Positions 48,503 to 61,572 of a stretch of 64,000 nt of DNA are shown here, in pieces. How positions within the stretch are numbered: position 1 is the stretch's first letter; each line of letters begins with the position of its first letter. The translations under genes and the position numbers were made by a program. Under the pieces are notes generated by a model, which was not told where the DNA came from, searched no databases, and was given only the letters and a program-made list of their open reading frames with translations. This DNA is from Eutreptiella sp. 'Long Island Sound 2002'. Its lineage: Eukaryota; Protista; Euglenida. The stretch is from positions 12,772,001-12,836,000 of the forward strand of contig OZ038379.1 in the NCBI GenBank assembly GCA_964036045.1, in the 5' to 3' direction.

Positions 48503-51500
48503 TGCAAAGGCCCTATGATGTTGCGCTGCGATGCAGTGCGGGTGGGATTAGTACAGGGAGGTCGGACCCTCCCCCACCCCCAGCCCCCCACCGCCTCTGG
48601 ACCCCTCAACCCATACTAATGGTCATGCATGGAGAACAGGTCGTTTGGGCGCCAACGGCGCCCCGAAATTCTTTGTAGCCTCTTGGTGAATGGTGGAAGA
48701 AGATTGTACCCACCAAATTGTGTATATTCAGAATGCTCACAATGAAACGGAGAATTCAAAACTACCCCCAAAACCTGAAAAAAATATTGAATCCCCCCCT
48801 CCCTCGCCCACCCTCATATGTCTGCTGGAGTGCTCTACGGTGGTTCCGTTTTTGTGAAATGATGAAAGAAGATTGTACCCCCCATTTGTCTATATTCAAA
48901 ATGTTCAGATTGAAACGGGGATTTCAACAATAACCCCAAAATGCACCACCCCCTCCCGGACCCCCCCGCCGACGCGCCACGGGGGTCGGGGTCCGGAACT
49001 GCACTTAACCGCCCCCCCCCCCCCCCCGCCATGAGTACAGCCCTGCCCCGCCGCAAGTCCTCCTCTCTGTTCGTGTCACGTTGCCCGTGGAGAATGGGGA
49101 GCCACGCTCACCTGTTTGCATTGAGACAAGCCCTGAGCGTTGCAAGTGGAAATGCGGTGTCGTGTTTAGACATGTCGGTGCAAAGGTGATGGTGAGGATG
49201 ATGCTGACCACTTACGTCGGCGCTGCTGATTTTCCCACTTTCTCTGACCACCCACAGTAGAGTGCAGAATACGAACCACCTCGGCCAGCCGCCTGTACTT
49301 GCAGAGGGATGGAGTAGGGCCTCAGAAAACCCCCGCACTGCCCCGTAACTCTCAGCAGCATGTGACTGGGGGGAAGCAGAAAGGTTTTGCTGGCGCTGCA
49401 GCATGGGGCCTCTTGGTGCTTCTGTGTGTCCACGTCCATTTTTCAGTGCGGACAAGGGGTCAAAAAATTGTCCGCCCAACAAGCTGTTGTACCAAAAGCA
49501 TGCTGGACGGTGGCTCCAACTACCGTTATCGTACGGAGGCCTGGTCGAGCTACACAGCCGAACCTCCGCGCACGCCGCGTCAGGTGCTCCCCTTTTAGGG
49601 TAATCAACTACTATGGCCAACAGACGCCTGAAACCAAGCGATGGCAGGATGCCGTCATTAGCTCCCACAAGTACGACATCCTCATGACTTAGATTCGCAA
49701 CCTGGTCGGACCCAGTGTTCTATTGCACAGTAGCTTCAATGAGAACATGCTCACTCCAGATTAGAGTCAGGGTAGTCTCCCGCCGTATGCCCTGCCACTT
49801 TTTCTAGCGATTGGTATCAACTCTCTGAGCCTCTCGTCTCACACTTCTGCACCTAATTTGGCCATTTGACATGAGACGTCATCAGCTTTGCAGCTACCGC
49901 TCTGTGGGTCGTTGTTGTCCCTACCTCTCAGTCCCTTTCGGGCTCTTCAGGACGCGTATGAGCAGCGCCCAAATGGGCATCTGGCCACTCCTGCACCACT
50001 TCATTGTGGCTGCAAAGTCAAAACGTGCTTGTGCACCCGGGATTGGCTTTCAGGTGGTGTGGGTGCCCGTCATCCCCTTTCTCTTTACAGCCCCGGACCC
50101 TGTGACCCCCCCATCCCCCCACCCGAGGCCACTCGCCTGCACACCATTTCAGCCATCAGTTCTCTGAGTGACGTGCCTTGCGCAAACAATGTGCGAAACG
50201 ACGGACTCCGTCAGCCATGTACATTGTCTGCGAGAGGGCAACGCTCTCCCTATCCGTATGCCCGATTGGCGCTGTGTTTTGGTCTGCGAATCGTGCTGCG
50301 CCCCCCCCCCCCCCCCCCACGGGCTGCTGGCTGTTCGGCAGCGGGGCCATATACTCACTGCCTGCATACTACCCCCCGCTTGGAAAGCTCCTTCCAGTTG
50401 CACAGCCCCCAGCCCCGTCACCTGCCGCAACAGACTATGGCGCCGAAGGCACAGAAGAGGGGGGCTCTCCAAAGGTGTGGGGGGGGGGGGCTGCAAACAG
50501 CTGGCACTCCTTCCGCCATATGCCCTGGACAGACTGGTCTGCGTGGTGTCGTGACAAAGGGGCAGAGGACAGAAGTTCATCAGGATGCAAAAGAATGAAT
50601 GTGCGGGACCCGGGGTCAGAGGCACGGGATCCCCCCGGCTGAGCTAACCCAAGGACACAGCCCCCCCCCCCCCTTTCCCCCGCTCCGGGCCCTGTGGGCC
50701 CTGGATAGCGCCCAGGGCAAGGGCCCCAGTGGGGCCCACAATACGGCGGGGGTAATGGGGGTGCCATGTGCGCTCAGCGCAAATTTGGCCCCCGCGTTGA
50801 GCGTTGGGATTTTAAAACGGCTGGGGGTTATGTCACCAATTTCCATCTCTCTTTTGTGGGTAGGAGTGTTCATATGCTCAAAGACTGTCTTCAAACGGAG
50901 GGCGCATTGCATTCAGTCGTTTCCACTTCAGCTTTTGGCCCATGGCATGTGGTGGGTTTCGTGTGGCTGGTGGTTTTGGGCCTAAGTCCAGTAAAGTCGA
51001 CCAAGTCATTCGCGCGGTGCGCGTGCTCTGGGCAAACACGCCCTACGTAGCCACTGTTCACTGCCTCCGCCGCGTTGGAGGGCCGGCAGCCCCCCCCCCC
51101 CCCCCAGCCCTGAACGCCTTTCTCCCCCGCCCCTCTCCCTCTGGGCCCCCCGGGCTCTTGGATCGTGCGGACCTACTGAGCCCGGGGAGTCCCGTAGGTC
51201 AAAGGTTGAAAGCTGCTGGCGCTGCAGTGCACTCCCTGAGCGAAGGGGCGGGTGGCAGGCGCCATGCGGTCTGCCGGCGGCGGGACCACTCTGGCCCTTT
51301 CGGATCCGGGTGGTTCTGTGGCGCGGCGCCTTGTCACTGGAGCCCCGAGCTCGGGATTGGGGGGCTCTTCCTGAGCCGACGCAGGGGCTTACGTGATTCC
51401 GTTCAGTTCGTTTGCAGACAGCCCCCCATTCGTTGGGGCGTTTGACACGACTGTGTGCACTGCCATCGGGTGCCCTTCGGAATCACGGGCCTGTGCCACC

Positions 51501-54500
51501 GTCACCCCTGCAGTCATTCCAGGGCCCTTGCCCCTGTTTTGGGGGGGGGGGGGTCGCCATGCTCTCTGCATCGCTGCCAAAAGGGCCGTGCGGAATGCGT
51601 GGATTCACAGGTCTGATTTTACCGATTCTGCCACGAGGCCTTTTGGGGCAGCAGCAGCCGTGCGCACCTTCGCTTGCAGTCAGAAGCTATGCTTGAGGTG
51701 GGGCTGAGACCACGGGGCCCTACAAGGGACTGCAAAAAAAAAAAAGTCTTTGCGTGAGCCCTTGCCTGCTGTCAAACGCCGCATGTAACGACGGTTCGCA
51801 AACTCCTCCACGCCCGCCTGAAACGCGTGTGACTGCCTCCAACCGCTGTCCCAGCGGTCCTCTGCGGCATTTGGAACTGCCCCTGAGGACCTCTGGGGGG
51901 AACACCAGACGCAGCGCGCGCGCGGCGCGGAGATCGGGCCGTCCAGCGCGACCAAAGCACCCGCACTTACCGCCAAAAGGGGTTTGCTCTCTATCCATTT
52001 TGAGGTGAGGTAAAGCCCAGGCCGTTCCGGTTAAACTCGCGGTAAAAGTAGCGCGCGGCGCGGATCCTCCCCCTGTGACCCATTCCCCTCGTACCGCCTT
52101 GGCTTTTTTTGGGCCCCCTGTGGTTTTCCTTCCCTGACCTGCCCTGACCTGCCCAAACCAGCCCAGATTTGCCCCCAAGCACTCCAGACCGACCCTGCCA
52201 CACCGCTGATCTGTATTTCCGAGCTCTGAATTTCTTGTTCGCCTCTCACTCGGACCGCTCGCTTCCAGGCACATTCAAGCACCGTCCATCGGGCCTACCC
52301 TCACATGCCTTCACTTATTTCAGTGCGGTCTCGTGCGTGCTGCTGAAATTTGCTGACAGCATCAGGTCTGATTATCCTTCCACAGGGTCTGTAGAGGATT
52401 GGAGCCCTGGTGGATAGTCATCTGTAACTCCACTCAAACTTCAAAACCCGATCCCAAAGTCATGCAACAGCACAAGGAAGGGTGCACGCCCCCCCCCCCC
52501 CCCCCGCCCCCTGGCGCTTGCATGGCCTTGTCTAAGGCCGTGCAAGGACGGGGCTCAACAGGCTCAGCTCTGGACAGTTTGCAGATTGTTGAGGGTGTGA
52601 TGCCCGGGATGACGACCATGGTCAGGTTATGGCTAAGCACGGGGTGGGCCTTGAACCGCTGGGTTTAGGATGGTTCAGGACCGCTGTTTTTGTGGTCCCG
52701 CATGTAAGCGTCGGCGTTTGTGGAGGTGGTCGTCGAGGGAAAGAGGGGGTGCATTGATGTCTGTGATTGTTCATTCCGTTCATAGCAACATTCCCACACC
52801 TGGAAACCTTTCATTGGATCGGCAAGAATGCGGCGGCGTTTGAGCAGCATATGCCGGTGTCAGAACGTGCAGTCCAAAGAGGACTCCTACCGCCCGCGCG
52901 GAACGTGGCTTGTACCACTCAAAAGGAGGACCCATGTTGTACACTACCTGTCACTACCATCCGGACGTATCGCCCGAGCACTTACGAGACACACATAAGT
53001 CTGAGTCTCCCCCCCCCCAAAAAAACCACCAAGGCCTTGTGCCAAACCCTCCCAAAAAAAAGGAAAGGGGGGTCCATTTATGTCTGTGAGTGTTCGTTCT
53101 GTTCATGACAACATTCTACCCGCACATTGCAACCCAACCTGTTTGTTTTTGATGTGATTCTCAGCCATGGCTATAACATTGCTATTCCCCGGCAAAGGCT
53201 GTGTCATGTACATCCAGAGCACCGTCGTGCGTATCACTCGCAAGCATGGCCTTGTCGCAAGCACGAGGCGGGCGCTAAACCGCTGTTTGGCCTGGTTCTC
53301 TCGACCGCGGCCGTGCTTGCGCAAGGGGCGGGGCTTGCACAGCTGCTCTGCACGAATCTACGCAGCTTTTGGGTTGGCTGGCACAGTCTGTTTTGCAACG
53401 CTTGCCCTGCCCCATGTTTTCACGCCAGCGCACTGGCTTTGTGCCCAGTCACGCATGCCTCATCTATGCTCACCAATTGCCCCCATTTCCATGTAAATAC
53501 AGCCTTTTGCATGCCCTCCCACCCCGCCTGTTCTGCACCTGCGAACGCCATACCTGGCACTAACGCCTGCCGACAATTTTGCCGACACCCACCGACCCCT
53601 GCCGAAAATTTCGGAGACCCCTGCCGACACCTGCCGAGACTTGTGCTGACATCTGCTGAGGCTGTGTGATGTGTACGCCTGCAGTGGGGTCAGGGTATTC
53701 TTGTTCGTGTCGACACAGACGACAAGCTTGCTATTGGCGTGTTATTGACGCGGCAAACCCACGATGGGTTCGCACGCGGGGGTACCGCTACTGCAGAGGG
53801 CGGATGGACATGACAACAAGCGGTTCCGTTCACATGCTGTGGTGTTGGAACGCCAGGCCAGTGCACACAGTGTTGGCGGATTTGGTTACTGCAGTGCGCA
53901 CAGACCCCTGGTGCCTCGGGGTCTAGCGCTGTTCCGCGCGGTCTGTCAAATGGGCAAAATCGCGACTGGCACCTAAACGCCCCCCAAAACAACCGGAGTT
54001 TGTGTCTGCCGAACGGGGCACCTTTGCACTGCGCTATGGACGTCGACATGTTGTGTGTGTGTGTGCGCCCTGTGTTGCCTCACACTGCCGACACCCGCGG
54101 AAAAGTTTTCGCGCCACCTGCCTCGGCAGGTGTTAGCGCCAGGTATGGCCAAAGCCTCCACTAAAACCCCCCTTGTTGCGGGTGTGAATCCCGCTGACCC
54201 ATGCGGGTGCCTCTGACCCCCCACAGTGATGCCACCACTCTAGCAGTATGTTTCAGTCTGTTATGTCAGTGGGTTCATTCCACAGGGTGATGCCATGCCA
54301 AAGTATTGGCTCTGTTTGCCTTTCTGGGAAAATGGGAACTCAATCAGTGGTTCTGCAGTTTAGCTGATGATCAGATGGTCTAAGAGGGAGTACTGGTACA
54401 CGGAGCGCGCGCGGAGCATTTTTTGGGAGTGTTATTGTTTTGCATGTGCACGCTTTGGGCAAGAGGTTTCTGAGCTCCTGAGACCATTCTGTGGGGGCGG

Positions 54501-56055
54501 GTTCTGGGGATAATAGGCCCGCATGCGCTCTGTGCGCGGAGCTATCACTATCTCTAAGTTGGGACCTCAGCTTGGGCAGAAAGTGGGCTGTCTTGGTGTT
54601 GGGTTCAGTGTGTGTCTGCGAGGAGCCATGCGTGCCGAACCGATGGACTATTGCTCCTTACAATGAACTCCTCCCTCACTGTGTGTCTGCGAGGCACAAC
54701 GGGGTGCGTTGCAATAAGCCTTGCCAACTTGAGCCCGCAGATCCGTCGGGCACTGTACCCCTGTACCCTCTTCTTGTTCTGTGGTAGAAGCTCCTTTTGC
54801 CCTGTGGTCTGCCCGCCCACAATGGATTCGGTGGTGTTAGTGTGTGATCAGTTGTGTTCCACGAGGCAGCCCAAACTGCCTAGTGGTTACCTGGCGTGGT
54901 GTGTGTGCGTGCGCGCGCGCGTGTGTAATTGGGTAGAGGCACCCAGTATCGATTGTTGTCGCATGGCGCTCCTATAGACAGCTTGTTTCGCGTCTGAGGA
55001 ACACGGACAGTGGGGGATGGGTCCTGCCAACAGTAACCAGGCCCGTATGCTCTGTAGGGCCTCGGTGGCCGGCTGTACTGCCTTCTGGCGGATATGCTTC
55101 CATGCGCCGTGCTTCACGCAGAATGAAAGACGTCTAGGGATGAGTTTCTCAGTACCCCCCCCCCCCCTTGTATAAGCTACGCCCTTGTCCAAGCTACAGT
55201 AGGCAGTGTCAGTGATCGGGCACGGGAGAGGACGCAGGAGTTTGGCAACATGGGGGTGTGGGACACAGATTACAGTACGGATGTTAGTGACAGCCGGAAG
55301 CGTAAGGGCAGGAGGGTAATCAAGACTTCCTGATACGTGGCCTAAAGGCACGTGCCTGACCATAAACTAACCGGAGGTGGCGCCAGAGGCGCCTTTCTGG
55401 ACCGATGGGACAATGTGTGGTGGCGCCTGACGGCGCCTTGCTAGACACCACGAACAATGTGTGTCGCGGCTCCGCCGCGTGATACTTGCTGATTCAGGGC
55501 ATAGGTCTGTCGGTGGGGACCTATTGCTGAACTTTCCACTGTTCTATGGCCAAGCTACAGTAGGCGCAGGGACCGCATTAATTTGGTGCCTAATTTGATT
55601 CAGTACAAATGTAGTGCGGCCACATAAGACATGGGTTTGGTGACACATTTGCCAGCTACATGGAGTCATGGACACATCTGTTGTGAGTGTTTGCCCATTT
55701 GAACCCACATAGCTCTGATTTTGGGGATATTTGTGCATTATATTCCCTTTTCTTGCACCAGCTCGCCATGCAATCTTCTCTTTTTGAACCTGTGCATCTA
55801 CGGCCTTGTCCAAGCTGCAGTAGGCGTAGGGACCGTATTAATTTGGGACTTTTGCGTAGCTTATACAGGGGGGGGAGGGTAGTATTGTTCAACCACTTTT
55901 CTTGCTTTGTTCTTGTTTGCGGATCCCATTGTGTGTGTGTGTGTGTGTGTGTGTGTGATTGTGTGTGTGTGTGTGTGTGTGTGTTCACCAACAACATTGC
56001 GGCCATCGCTTCGTTCCTGGTCTGATTGTCCTTGTACCTGCCCTGTCTCTACACT

Positions 56056-57507
56056 ATGTCAAGCTCATCCAATTCACTGCAAGTCGTCATCTGCGGGAGA
56101 TGTCACAAAAGTGGTCATCGGGTAGCACAATGTCCAGAGGCCCCCCAGGGGAATGCCGCCCAGCGGGGAGAGAGAGGCCCGCCCCCCTCGCCATGTTGGA
56201 CTTGCGATTTCATTGCTGGTGCAGATGCCAATCATTGGGGAGATGAGTGCCCTGTGGCTGCTGAACGATTAAAGAATAGACAGTGCACCCTTTGTGGTTC
56301 AACACAGCACTGGAAGAAAGGTTGCGACAAGTACCTGGCGGATAAACATACAGCGAAAAATCCCCGAACCACATACTTTCCAATACAACCGCGCCAGGCC
56401 AATATGACCTGGTGCCTGCGATATGGTGTAAAAAACGCCCATGCCACGGCGGACTGTCACAAGGACAGTCCTGCCATCATCTTTCCCACGGGAGAGGACA
56501 AAGATGCAATGGAGGGCATCTGTACGTGGTGCGCCATCCGTGGACACAATTTTGCTTCTTGTATGCGGAGAGCGCCGCAACAGGCTGATGCCAACAAAGT
56601 CGCCATCGACAAGCTGTCATTGCGAGTAGATGCCCTGTCCAAATCGGTAGACCAGGTGGGAGTTCTCGATGCCCAAGTGCAGGCGCTGCGATCGGATGTC
56701 CAAGGCCTCGTTAAATGGCAGGACAAGCACATCACTGCCCACGATGCCTTGCAGCACCGTGTCCAGGATGTTGAGAATTGGAAACGCGAAACTGTATCCC
56801 AACTCCCCCAGTTCGTCACACACACGAAATTCGATGCTTTCGTCGCCTCACGGTACGCGGATACCGAGCGTGCAGCGCACTCCGCAGTCAGCCAATCCAA
56901 ATTCGACAAGTGGGTGCGTACCAAGTACGACGACACGGAAAAGAAGGCGCGTCAGGCAGTGCCACAATCGGCGTTTGATGAGTACGTATCCAGGATGGAG
57001 GGAACATGCCGCAACACCGATCCCGACACGATGATGGCCCCAGCGCGTGCTACAGGATCTTCACGCACAGCATCAGAACGAGACTCCGATGATGGGGGAG
57101 TGGCAGCAAGTGCCAAACGCAACGTAGCACGCCGCTCTGCCACGCCTAGCCGGTCACCTCCTCCCAGCGACACGGCGGGGGCCTCCTCCTCGTCGTCAGC
57201 GACGCCAGGGGCAACAGCATTTGCCTCCATGCCACCTCCTGCCTCTGACACCCCCTGGCTCCGTCTGGCTCTTGAGAACGCCGACCCGTGGGGAGATGAA
57301 GCACTGGAAGTTCTGCTTGACGTGTGGACGAGCCACATGGACTCACGGCTTCAGCAGTGGGCAGGCAAACATGCCACACAAGAGTTGGCCGCTACAGCAG
57401 GGGAACTGGCCAGAGCTGTGATGTCACCCACCAAGAGAAGTGGCATCTGCGCGATTCTCAGAGCGGCCCGTACACCCGTACGAGTGTTCACGAATTTAAA
57501 CCAATAA
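56056..57507 (+). CDS. ORF1, Gag-like nucleic-acid-binding protein (483 aa)
   Basis: CX2CX4HX4C knuckles at 56092, 56284 and 56521, plus two variant knuckles; coiled coil; TAA stop. Confidence 0.85.
   Translation: MSSSSNSLQVVICGRCHKSGHRVAQCPEAPQGNAAQRGERGPPPSPCWTCDFIAGADANHWGDECPVAAERLKNRQCTLCGSTQHWKKGCDKYLADKHTAKNPRTTYFPIQPRQANMTWCLRYGVKNAHATADCHKDSPAIIFPTGEDKDAMEGICTWCAIRGHNFASCMRRAPQQADANKVAIDKLSLRVDALSKSVDQVGVLDAQVQALRSDVQGLVKWQDKHITAHDALQHRVQDVENWKRETVSQLPQFVTHTKFDAFVASRYADTERAAHSAVSQSKFDKWVRTKYDDTEKKARQAVPQSAFDEYVSRMEGTCRNTDPDTMMAPARATGSSRTASERDSDDGGVAASAKRNVARRSATPSRSPPPSDTAGASSSSSATPGATAFASMPPPASDTPWLRLALENADPWGDEALEVLLDVWTSHMDSRLQQWAGKHATQELAATAGELARAVMSPTKRSGICAILRAARTPVRVFTNLNQ
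57495..57501 (+). other. -1 ribosomal frameshift slippery heptamer T TTA AAC
   Basis: In ORF1 phase (AAT TTA AAC CAA TAA), two codons before the stop; a -1 shift enters the open ORF2 frame (FKPITHEG...). Confidence 0.75.
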
Positions 57508-60500
57508 CACATGAGGGTGCCGAGTCCGAACCTGTACTACTGCGCTGCACCGCCGATACAGATGACGCCGACACACCTCCAGCTTACCACGATGCGGCAA
57601 TATCCCACATGCTGTCGGTGCAGTATATTTCACAAAAATTGGGTCTCGCCAAACACATACTCGCCGTCACGTCGGAGTTCGTGGACGACATATACGACTT
57701 GAACTACTTTGATCTCGACATCACACACACCAGCGACACTGCTACGAATACCATACACAGAACCAATGCCATCAGCCATTGCACCTCCGAGGAGGAAGAG
57801 CGTCATCTCACAGACCGCCGATTAACAAACAACATGTCACGAACCCCAAAGTGTGCAGGGATACCGCCACCCGTGACCACCACAGTCTTAGAGCAACAGT
57901 ACATCCCATCGTGGTTGCACAGGCGTATTGCACACACCCTGGGGGCGGTGACAGTCTGGCACCGTCCGCACATGTGGTTAACAGGTCAACACCATTGTCT
58001 CATTCGGCCAGAGCTGTCCTGTCCAGGGGCAGCAGCCCACGGCATAGGTAATTGGATGGACATACAACCTGCCTTCCCCTTCTCCCTCCCCTCCTGTGTG
58101 AAACACTTGTGGCTGTGGGCCCCAGCATATGAGGTCCCTGTTGTACAGTCCATCTTCCCCTCCCTCTCCTCCGTTGGATGGTCCAAAGGTTCCATGGTCT
58201 GGCACTTGCTTGGAAGTCAAGAGGCACAGAGATCAGTTGATGAAACACAGATCCTTAGGATTCACTTGATTCTCCAAGAGGCGGGGCACAGTTCTCTGTC
58301 CATACCACGTATACCCGAAGCCCCCCTCGTTTTGCGGGCACTCACTATCCAGATGCAAACAGCACTTGACAACAAAAATCTGGGGCGGTGGGCAGAACTG
58401 ATGCAGGCCAGGTACCGGTATCTTCCCTTCCTGTCCCACCCCGCACTGGCAATGGCCAGGAGATTGAGTCATGTCCACCGCTGGTTTATATCCCTGACGC
58501 CCCCCCGCAATGTCGTCTACCTGGTTTACAATATATGGCTCCAGGTGGTGTACATCGGCCTCACCACAGGGGCCCTGATTAGCCGGTTAAGGAAACACCT
58601 GACAGACAGCTTGGCTGATGTGGACTGTGCCACACTACACAAGCACATGGCAAAAACAGACCTCTCAGGTTGGGGAATTCTTCCACTACAATGGGTCGAA
58701 GACGACTGGCACGCGAGTGTGCGTGAACGACACTAGTGGTGGATTTTCAGGCGCTGGGCTTGCAACGACGTCCCGCCCGGAATTAGTACCTAGGGTGAGG
58801 GATCCAAATCTCGAGGTTGGTTTAATCAAAGAGTGCTGGCGGCTGTGCAGGGTATCCGCGATGCCCGACGCATCAGCGACTGGCCGCGAGTGAAGTTTCT
58901 ACAGTCAGAACTGCAGGACCTGGCTAACCGTCTCTCTATCCCGCTGTATGTCCTTGGTCACGTGACCGTACCCAACCTAACCCCGATTCAAAATTCAGCA
59001 ATTCACAGGGTGATACGCGCAATGGTGAAGTCATGCAACATTGCAGCGTGGGAGAAGCAAGTGCTACACAAGGCCGTGCGAGTGGTACGCTCCTACCCAG
59101 TCAGAGTGCGAAGTCTTTTTGAAAAACAGAGTAGGAAAGGAGACCGAGAGGCCCAAAAACCGCAATGCACATGCGCCAGCATCACATCCGACCACGGCCA
59201 CGTCATTGAGATTGAAGGCCACAAAGCGTTGATCCCAGTGCATGTTCAGAGCCTCGATGCAACTACCCTCCGCCCCAATGACTCCCTACCACTAAAGGGC
59301 ACTAAAGTGAGAGCGCGCCTTTTCAAGGACATTACTAAAATAGCAGGACAGATAGGAGCAGAAGTGCCTAACCTCCAGCACATGCTACCCTCAACCCTGT
59401 GGTGTGAGTCAGGGTCCACAGTGCGCCACGTGGAGCAGCAAGCGACAGCCATCTGTGCCTCCCACTACGTACGAATCGTGGACAAGGGGGTGGGGGTCAT
59501 GTGGGGATTTTGCCGTCAGTGGATGTGGGATATACTCGAGGAATTCTTGATCCAGGAAGGATATACCAGATGCAACCAGTCCCAACAAGACATCACAGCA
59601 CAGATACGAAAGATCATAGAGTCCAATGGCTGGGACAACGACCAAGCTGGGCGCATCGCCTCCCTGTACCTCATCGGCAAGGCAAAAAGCCCGGTTAAAC
59701 AGAAATGGCTCTGGCGACCCATCGCCGCACTCCCGAAACCCCTCTTACCAAAAAAAGACCTCACCATCGCAGCCAGAGCCATGACCACATTTTTGAAACT
59801 GGTGGCGGAAGAGACCCCTGGAAACTTCATGGTCCACTCAGTTAATCGCGTGGCAGACTGGTTTCATTGGTTGCCATCCGTTGGTTGCTCGTATATTGTA
59901 GAACTGGACTGCAAAGACCAGTTCAACCACGTACCCCCCAGTTGTGTGGAGTCACACATGACGGAGTCCAGCAAGTGGCTCGCCAAGCGGCGTCGCTGGC
60001 GCATGAAAGACATCTGCTGGAGTGTCCACAGAGACAGTAAAAAGTTGGACAGGGCAGGCCAGGGAGCCTCAAGAAAATTCTGGTACATCACGCACGGGGA
60101 CCTCAGCGACAAGATAAATTTCGAGCTGCAAAACAACAACTACGTGACAGCGGCAGGGTCCCTGTGGCAAAGGACGGGGTGTATTCCCAATGCGGGGGTC
60201 ATTCTCCGCGCAGGCAGCAGATCTGCACTGCCAGTGGGGGGTGTATATGAACAGAGCGCGCTTCAGAGACCTTGGGGAACTCCGCATCACAGAAACAGGC
60301 TTCATATACTGGGATACCCCCTGGGGAGCACTCACACTGTGCCAATTCCGAGACAACATTCTTATGGCCACAGCCTTTGCCGACACCCCAGCCATCAAAA
60401 TAGTTAAACGTGTATGCCACCTCCTACAGCGATGCTGGAACCTGAGGGTACTGTGTCCATGTGATGAACCGTGTACCCAATCCTGTCTCCAATCCTCCAC

Positions 60501-61068
60501 GACAGCTATGGGTTTCTGCATGATATGTTCAACTGATGGGGAACCCACGGCGTACGCACATCCGAGTTCGCTGGACAGTGCATGGGAACTAAAAATGGGC
60601 CCCCCACTAATGACGCCAGCCCGCGCCTCCCAATAGTATCTGCGGACAGTCCTCACAGGCGTTTTATGTAACTCCCGCCAATGGTGTCGTACCCCCCTAG
60701 CACGGCTCTTGACGGTGACAGCGTGGGGCCAAGTATCGATTAAATCGGGCTACAGTCCCAGAGCCCTCAGATGTGCCATGCACGCTGCGATCATCAGAGG
60801 CCTGTCAGCCTCAGACCACCAGCTACAGTTCGTAGTGCGGTTCATGCACCACATATCCGAGCTTCTACCCCTCCCACGTTGCTGTGCTATCCACAAAGTG
60901 CTCCACTGGGTGAAACGCCATAGCCAGTGGGCGGGAGGGGCATACGCCACATGGGTGCTCCCGAAACACCTGGCGCAAGTGGGTATCACAGGAGACTGGA
61001 GCCACGACTACGCCCCCCTCCACGATCATTGGGTCTCGGTGAAACAACCGGGACATGTGTGTGTGTGA
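57495..61068 (+). pseudogene. ORF2: GIY-YIG endonuclease + reverse transcriptase, disrupted in this copy
   Basis: VVYLVYNIWLQVVYIGLT (58512-58565); in-frame TAG at 58734, 58791 and 60634; +1 insertion at about 60186-60188; ends in TGA at 61068. Confidence 0.85.
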
Positions 61069-61423
61069 TCGCGCGGTTACGCGTGGTCCATGATCTGGCC
61101 TGCATGACCTCCCCTGTCTCCCCTGTCTCCCCTGTATGCCTCCTTCCCCTCCCATGACAGTCAATCCAGGGGCATGTGAGTGATGCTGCAAGGTACACAA
61201 TGTCCTCCCCTCCTCAGACCTAAAGGTAATGACGACTGGGAACACTGCAGTGACTCCATGGGAACAGTGGATGAGGAACAATGTGCCCTGTCCCATTACC
61301 TTTCAGAAAGGCGCCTAGCCTCCATGACAATTTTGTAATTGTGGCCTGACGAGTCGTTTTGATCAGTGCCTGCCTGTCTGCGATCAACAGTGGGTTTGGT
61401 TCTCTTGATCACTGTCACGAAGT

Positions 61424-61510
61424 GTGTGTGTGTGTGTGTGTGTTGTTTGACGATCCAACTGACGAGGATTCTGGCATTCGGAATCTGAGTTGTGCCCGTT
61501 CTGCGTTGCA

Positions 61511-61570
<60 letters not shown>
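61424..61570. repeat. (GT)n tracts between PLE copies (others at 55930-55985 and 62971-63040)
   Basis: Direct. Confidence 0.97.

Positions 61571-61572
<2 letters not shown>

Larger units (their letters stand above)
55986..61423 (+). mobile_element. Penelope-like retroelement with permuted EN-RT order (Naiad/Chlamys-type) plus a CCHC-knuckle ORF1
   Basis: GIY-YIG upstream of the RT; PLE hallmarks DKG (59481) and YLIGKAK..RPI; motif A DCKDQF (59907), motif B IPMRGSFSAQAADL, motif C FRDN (60346); bounded by (GT)n tracts. Confidence 0.85.

Noticed and set aside
54887-55813. Minus-strand ORFs possibly related to the PLE linker (PHCPC)
   Set aside because: Similarity is limited to one short motif.
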